Assembly: GCA_012511425.1 (NCBI GenBank) | Contig: JAAZGC010000188.1 | Span: 1 to 37,680, forward strand | Direction of reading: 5' to 3' | Source: Clostridiales bacterium | Lineage (GTDB): Bacteria > Bacillota > Clostridia > Oscillospirales > CAG-272 | DNA: 37,680 nucleotides | Shown here: positions 34,959-37,680 of the stretch, in pieces | Layout: the number at the start of each line of letters is the position of its first letter | How positions within the stretch are numbered: position 1 is the first letter of the stretch | Translations under genes and position numbers: made by a program | The notes under the pieces: generated by a model | Told to the model about the DNA's origin: nothing | Database searches by the model: none | The model's input: only the letters and a program-made list of their open reading frames with translations

Positions 34959-35882
34959 CTATCTTCCGGCGAGAAAAGCCATGACAATCTCCGCCGCATG
35001 TTCGGCAAGCCCCGGACTGCCGGCTTCCAGCCAGACTGCGTCAGGGTCGCGGCGGAACCAGGTGAGCTGGCGCTTCGCATAGCGTCTTGTCGCCTGTTTG
35101 ACGGCATCTTTTGCGTTTTCCGGCGGTTCTCCGCTTTCGATTCGGGAAAACAGCTCTTTATAGCCGATCGCCTGACGCGCCGTTGCGGAAAGCTCGCGCT
35201 TATAAAGCGATTTGGCTTCCTCCGCAAGCCCCTCTTCGAACATTCTCTCGACTCTTGCGTCAATTCTGTCGTAAAGTGTCTGCCTGTCTTTATAATCAAG
35301 CCCCAGTTTGACCGCAGCGTACTTCGGCGGAAGTTTTTTTGAACGGGCATCCCATTCGGTTTTGGTTATTCCGGTCTGAAAATAAAGCTCGAGGGCGCGT
35401 ATTATCCTGCGGCGGTTTTTCAGGTCGACGGTTTCGGCGGAAAGCGGATCGTAATTTCGCAGCTGCGATATCAGCTCTTCGTCGGAAAAGCTGTCAAGCG
35501 TCCTTCGCAGAACCGGGTCGGTCTTCTGTTCCGGATATCTGTCGGGAGATATAACCGAGTCGAGATAAAGGCCGGTGCCGCCGCAGAATATCGGGATCCT
35601 TCCCCTCGATATAACCGCATCCGCCGCTTCTGCCGCCATCGCCGCATAATCGGAGCAGGAGAAGGAAGCTTCCGGTTCGATTATATCTATCATGTGGTGT
35701 GTTATGCGTTTTCTCGACCTCGGCGGAAGCTTTGCGGTGCCGATATCCATGTCTTTGTATATCTGCATCGAATCGCAGGAGATGATCTCGCCGTCGAAAC
35801 GGCGCGCGAGTTCAATGGCAAGCTCCGATTTGCCCGTCGCCGTCGGTCCCGTCACTGCAATGACCTTGGGAATATCGGTCAT
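34959..35882 (-). CDS. miaA: tRNA dimethylallyltransferase
   Basis: VIAVTGPTATGKSELAIELA P-loop, SCDSMQIYKDMDIGTAK and GGTGLY motifs. RBS GGAGGAGG. Confidence 0.95.
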   Translation of the reverse strand: MTDIPKVIAVTGPTATGKSELAIELARRFDGEIISCDSMQIYKDMDIGTAKLPPRSRKRITHHMIDIIEPEASFSCSDYAAMAAEAADAVISRGRIPIFCGGTGLYLDSVISPDRYPEQKTDPVLRRTLDSFSDEELISQLRNYDPLSAETVDLKNRRRIIRALELYFQTGITKTEWDARSKKLPPKYAAVKLGLDYKDRQTLYDRIDARVERMFEEGLAEEAKSLYKRELSATARQAIGYKELFSRIESGEPPENAKDAVKQATRRYAKRQLTWFRRDPDAVWLEAGSPGLAEHAAEIVMAFLAGR

Positions 35883-35915
35883 GACTCCGCCTCCTCCGAT
35901 TTGTATACTCTTTAT

Positions 35916-35945
35916 ATTATATCATATTTTTTGTAAACATTTCAA
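35916..35945 (-). promoter_or_regulatory. Sigma-A type promoter for miaA
   Basis: Minus strand: TTGAAA (35945-35940), 18-nt spacer ending in TGA, TATAAT (35921-35916), about 30 nt upstream of the ATG. Confidence 0.5.
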
Positions 35946-35984
35946 GCGAATCGGAAGATGTTTTCACATATATGTATAAACTTA

Positions 35985-36013
35985 TTGTATTTTTTCGCAA
36001 AAAGTGATATAAT
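35985..36013 (+). promoter_or_regulatory. Sigma-A type promoter for the DUF4091-like gene
   Basis: TTGTAT (35985-35990), 17-nt spacer ending in TGA, TATAAT (36008-36013), about 38 nt upstream of ATG 36051. Confidence 0.55.
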
Positions 36014-36050
36014 AAAGACGTAAATAAATCAAAATCAAGGGAGTTATATA

Positions 36051-37680
36051 ATGCAGATCAAATTTTGTCACGCAGATGCCGATTTTAAGCTGATTGCCGG
36101 CGCCGCCGTCTCGCCGGATGCGCGGTTTGTAAAGGGAGCCGAAAAGCCGCTTCGGCTGTTTGCGCTCAAAAACGACACCGCCGCTTTCAGTCTGGTCATT
36201 CAGTCAGACCGCGACTGCGTTTTGAATGTCGGAAATGAGCCGTTTTTCTCGCAGCTCGACCAAAAGCCGCATATCAGAATTGCCGTGTGCTCCGAGCTGC
36301 CGCATTCTTTGAACATTGTCGATTTGCACGAATGCGAGAACGGACTTCGCTATGCAGACGCCCTCCTTCCCCGCCCGACTTTGGAAATTGCCGCGGGGGA
36401 GACACGGCAGGTATATGTTGAATTCGCCCCGCCCAAAGGCTGCGAAGCAGGCGGATATAAATTCAAAATAAATATCTTCACCCACGAAATGTTCGGTGAC
36501 GAGGCGCTTGCTGGCGGACTTGAGGGAGAAATCGAAATCGCCGACTTTACCCTCCATGACCCGAAAGACAACAAGTTCCATCTCGACCTCTGGCAGCACC
36601 CGTCAAACCTTGCCCGCAAGGCGGAGGCGCCGCTCTGGAGCGACAGGCATTTCGAAGTTATCGAAAGATATCTCGAATCGCTCGGAGAGTTCGGCCAGAA
36701 AGCGGTGACGATAATCGCGTCCGACACCCCGTGGGCGGGACAGAGCTGCGGGCTTGCGCGAAACTCAAAGGCGAATATGTTCGAATACTCGATCATTCCC
36801 GTTAAAAAGACCGCCGGCGGTGAGCTTGTCTGCGATTACAGCCATATGCAGAGATATATCGACATCGCCGCCAAATATCACATTGACCGCGAGATCAGCA
36901 TTTACGGACTCTGCGGCATCTGGAACAATCCCGAAACCGGCTTCGGCAGGCCGGCGGAGGACTATCCGGACTCGGTAAGAATAAGATATCTTGACGAAGC
37001 GGACGGATGCTGCAAGTATCTTAAAAAGGCTTCGGATATCGAAGCTTACATCGTCTCTCTGCGGGATTATTTCGTGAAAACCGGGCAGATAGACAAAGTT
37101 CGCATCGCGGCGGACGAGCCTGCCGACATCGCCCTTTATCGCAGTATCCTCGGACGGATAGAGAAGGTTGCTCCCGAATTCAAATTCAAAGCCGCTATCA
37201 ATCACAGCGAATTTATAGGCGAGTTCGGCAACGAAGTATACGATTTTGTCCCCTCACTCGGGTCGATGACGGCCGAGATCAAGGCGCTGAAGGAATATCA
37301 GCGGACCATGCCCGGAAAGCGATTCTTATATTACATCTGCTGCGGCCCGGACTTCCCGAACACCTTTATAACATCCCCGCTCCACGAAAGCTATTATCTC
37401 GGTGTGCTTGCCTCCGCCTGCGGCTTTGACGGCCTGCTTCGCTGGGCTTACAATATCTGGCCGGATGAACCCCGCCGCGACTGTCGGTATGAATTCTGGC
37501 GCACCGGAGACACTCATTTCGTTTATCCCGCCTGTGACGGCAGCCCGATACTCACCCTGCGCTGGAAAGCCCTGAAACGCGGAATCACTCTCTACGAGCT
37601 GCTTGAAAAGCTGAAAGAGAAAAATCCGGCCGATGCCGAAAAGGCGATGGCAATGGTAATGAAAATAACCGACATCGAAC
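36051..37680 (+). CDS. DUF4091 / GH123-like glycoside-hydrolase-family protein, N-terminal 543 aa (3' end outside the window); absent from the supplied ORF track
   Basis: I translated the frame by hand from ATG 36051 (RBS AAGGGAG at 36037-36043) to base 37679 and found no stop codon. The protein reads MQIKFCHADADFKLIAG...HLDLWQHPSNLARK...VRIAADEPADI...GLLRWAYNIWPDEPRRD...WRTGDTHFVYPA. This resembles DUF4091-containing TIM-barrel hydrolases. Confidence 0.7.
   Translation, partial: MQIKFCHADADFKLIAGAAVSPDARFVKGAEKPLRLFALKNDTAAFSLVIQSDRDCVLNVGNEPFFSQLDQKPHIRIAVCSELPHSLNIVDLHECENGLRYADALLPRPTLEIAAGETRQVYVEFAPPKGCEAGGYKFKINIFTHEMFGDEALAGGLEGEIEIADFTLHDPKDNKFHLDLWQHPSNLARKAEAPLWSDRHFEVIERYLESLGEFGQKAVTIIASDTPWAGQSCGLARNSKANMFEYSIIPVKKTAGGELVCDYSHMQRYIDIAAKYHIDREISIYGLCGIWNNPETGFGRPAEDYPDSVRIRYLDEADGCCKYLKKASDIEAYIVSLRDYFVKTGQIDKVRIAADEPADIALYRSILGRIEKVAPEFKFKAAINHSEFIGEFGNEVYDFVPSLGSMTAEIKALKEYQRTMPGKRFLYYICCGPDFPNTFITSPLHESYYLGVLASACGFDGLLRWAYNIWPDEPRRDCRYEFWRTGDTHFVYPACDGSPILTLRWKALKRGITLYELLEKLKEKNPADAEKAMAMVMKITDIE

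Noticed and set aside
36204-37205. Three minus-strand ORFs (131, 148 and 146 aa) listed near the window end
   Set aside because: They tile antisense to a 543-codon stop-free plus-strand frame that has an RBS and promoter. They are fragmentary and overlap each other.
1-37680. Scan for tRNA, rRNA, CRISPR arrays, IS elements, integrases, toxin-antitoxin or defence genes
   Set aside because: Intergenic gaps are short and accounted for by promoters, leaders and terminators. The only repeat found is the 21-bp tandem duplication at 34828-34870. No transposase, integrase or defence-like ORFs are present. This was done by eye only, so short or degenerate elements could be missed.

Overview
This looks like a core-genome window from a Firmicutes/Clostridia-type chromosome, judged from GGAGG-type RBSs, frequent TTG/GTG starts and Bacillus-like gene order. 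Layout by coordinate: (i) 1-5.9 kb holds the 3' end of a sugar-type ABC solute-binding gene. It is followed by a flavodoxin-like gene and a 883-aa single-polypeptide flavodiiron protein fused to a rubredoxin-like module and an NAD(P)H:rubredoxin-oxidoreductase-like module. Convergent to these on the minus strand is an FMN riboswitch, then ribU, then a COG2426 small membrane protein. (ii) 5.9-18.1 kb, minus strand, is rpoB-rpoC-rpsL-rpsG-fusA-tuf. rpoB has its own strong promoter and a ~360-nt leader, and there is no rplJ/rplL upstream. (iii) rpsT lies on the plus strand at 18.6 kb. (iv) 19.0-34.8 kb is one long minus-strand array. It runs HlyD-like protein, ylmE(yggS), sepF, yggT, ylmH, divIVA, ileS, lspA, rluD, HAD phosphatase, nagA, DUF975 membrane protein, metG, tatD, TatD-associated radical SAM. 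(v) miaA follows on the minus strand. Then comes a divergent plus-strand ORF (36051 to the window end, DUF4091/GH123-like) that is missing from the supplied ORF track because it has no stop codon in the window. I found no tRNA, rRNA, CRISPR, transposase/integrase or recognisable defence genes, and no convincing novel multi-gene system. The best leads are modest: a perfect 21-bp tandem duplication that doubles an extended -10 promoter, and the unlisted terminal ORF. Others are a ~110-aa polyacidic tail on RpoB, the uncharacterised radical-SAM/TatD pair, and an orphan HlyD-like gene overlapping ylmE. The remainder are a flavin-themed neighbourhood and several structured leaders/spacers. All family assignments rest on motif recognition by eye, with no searches run.
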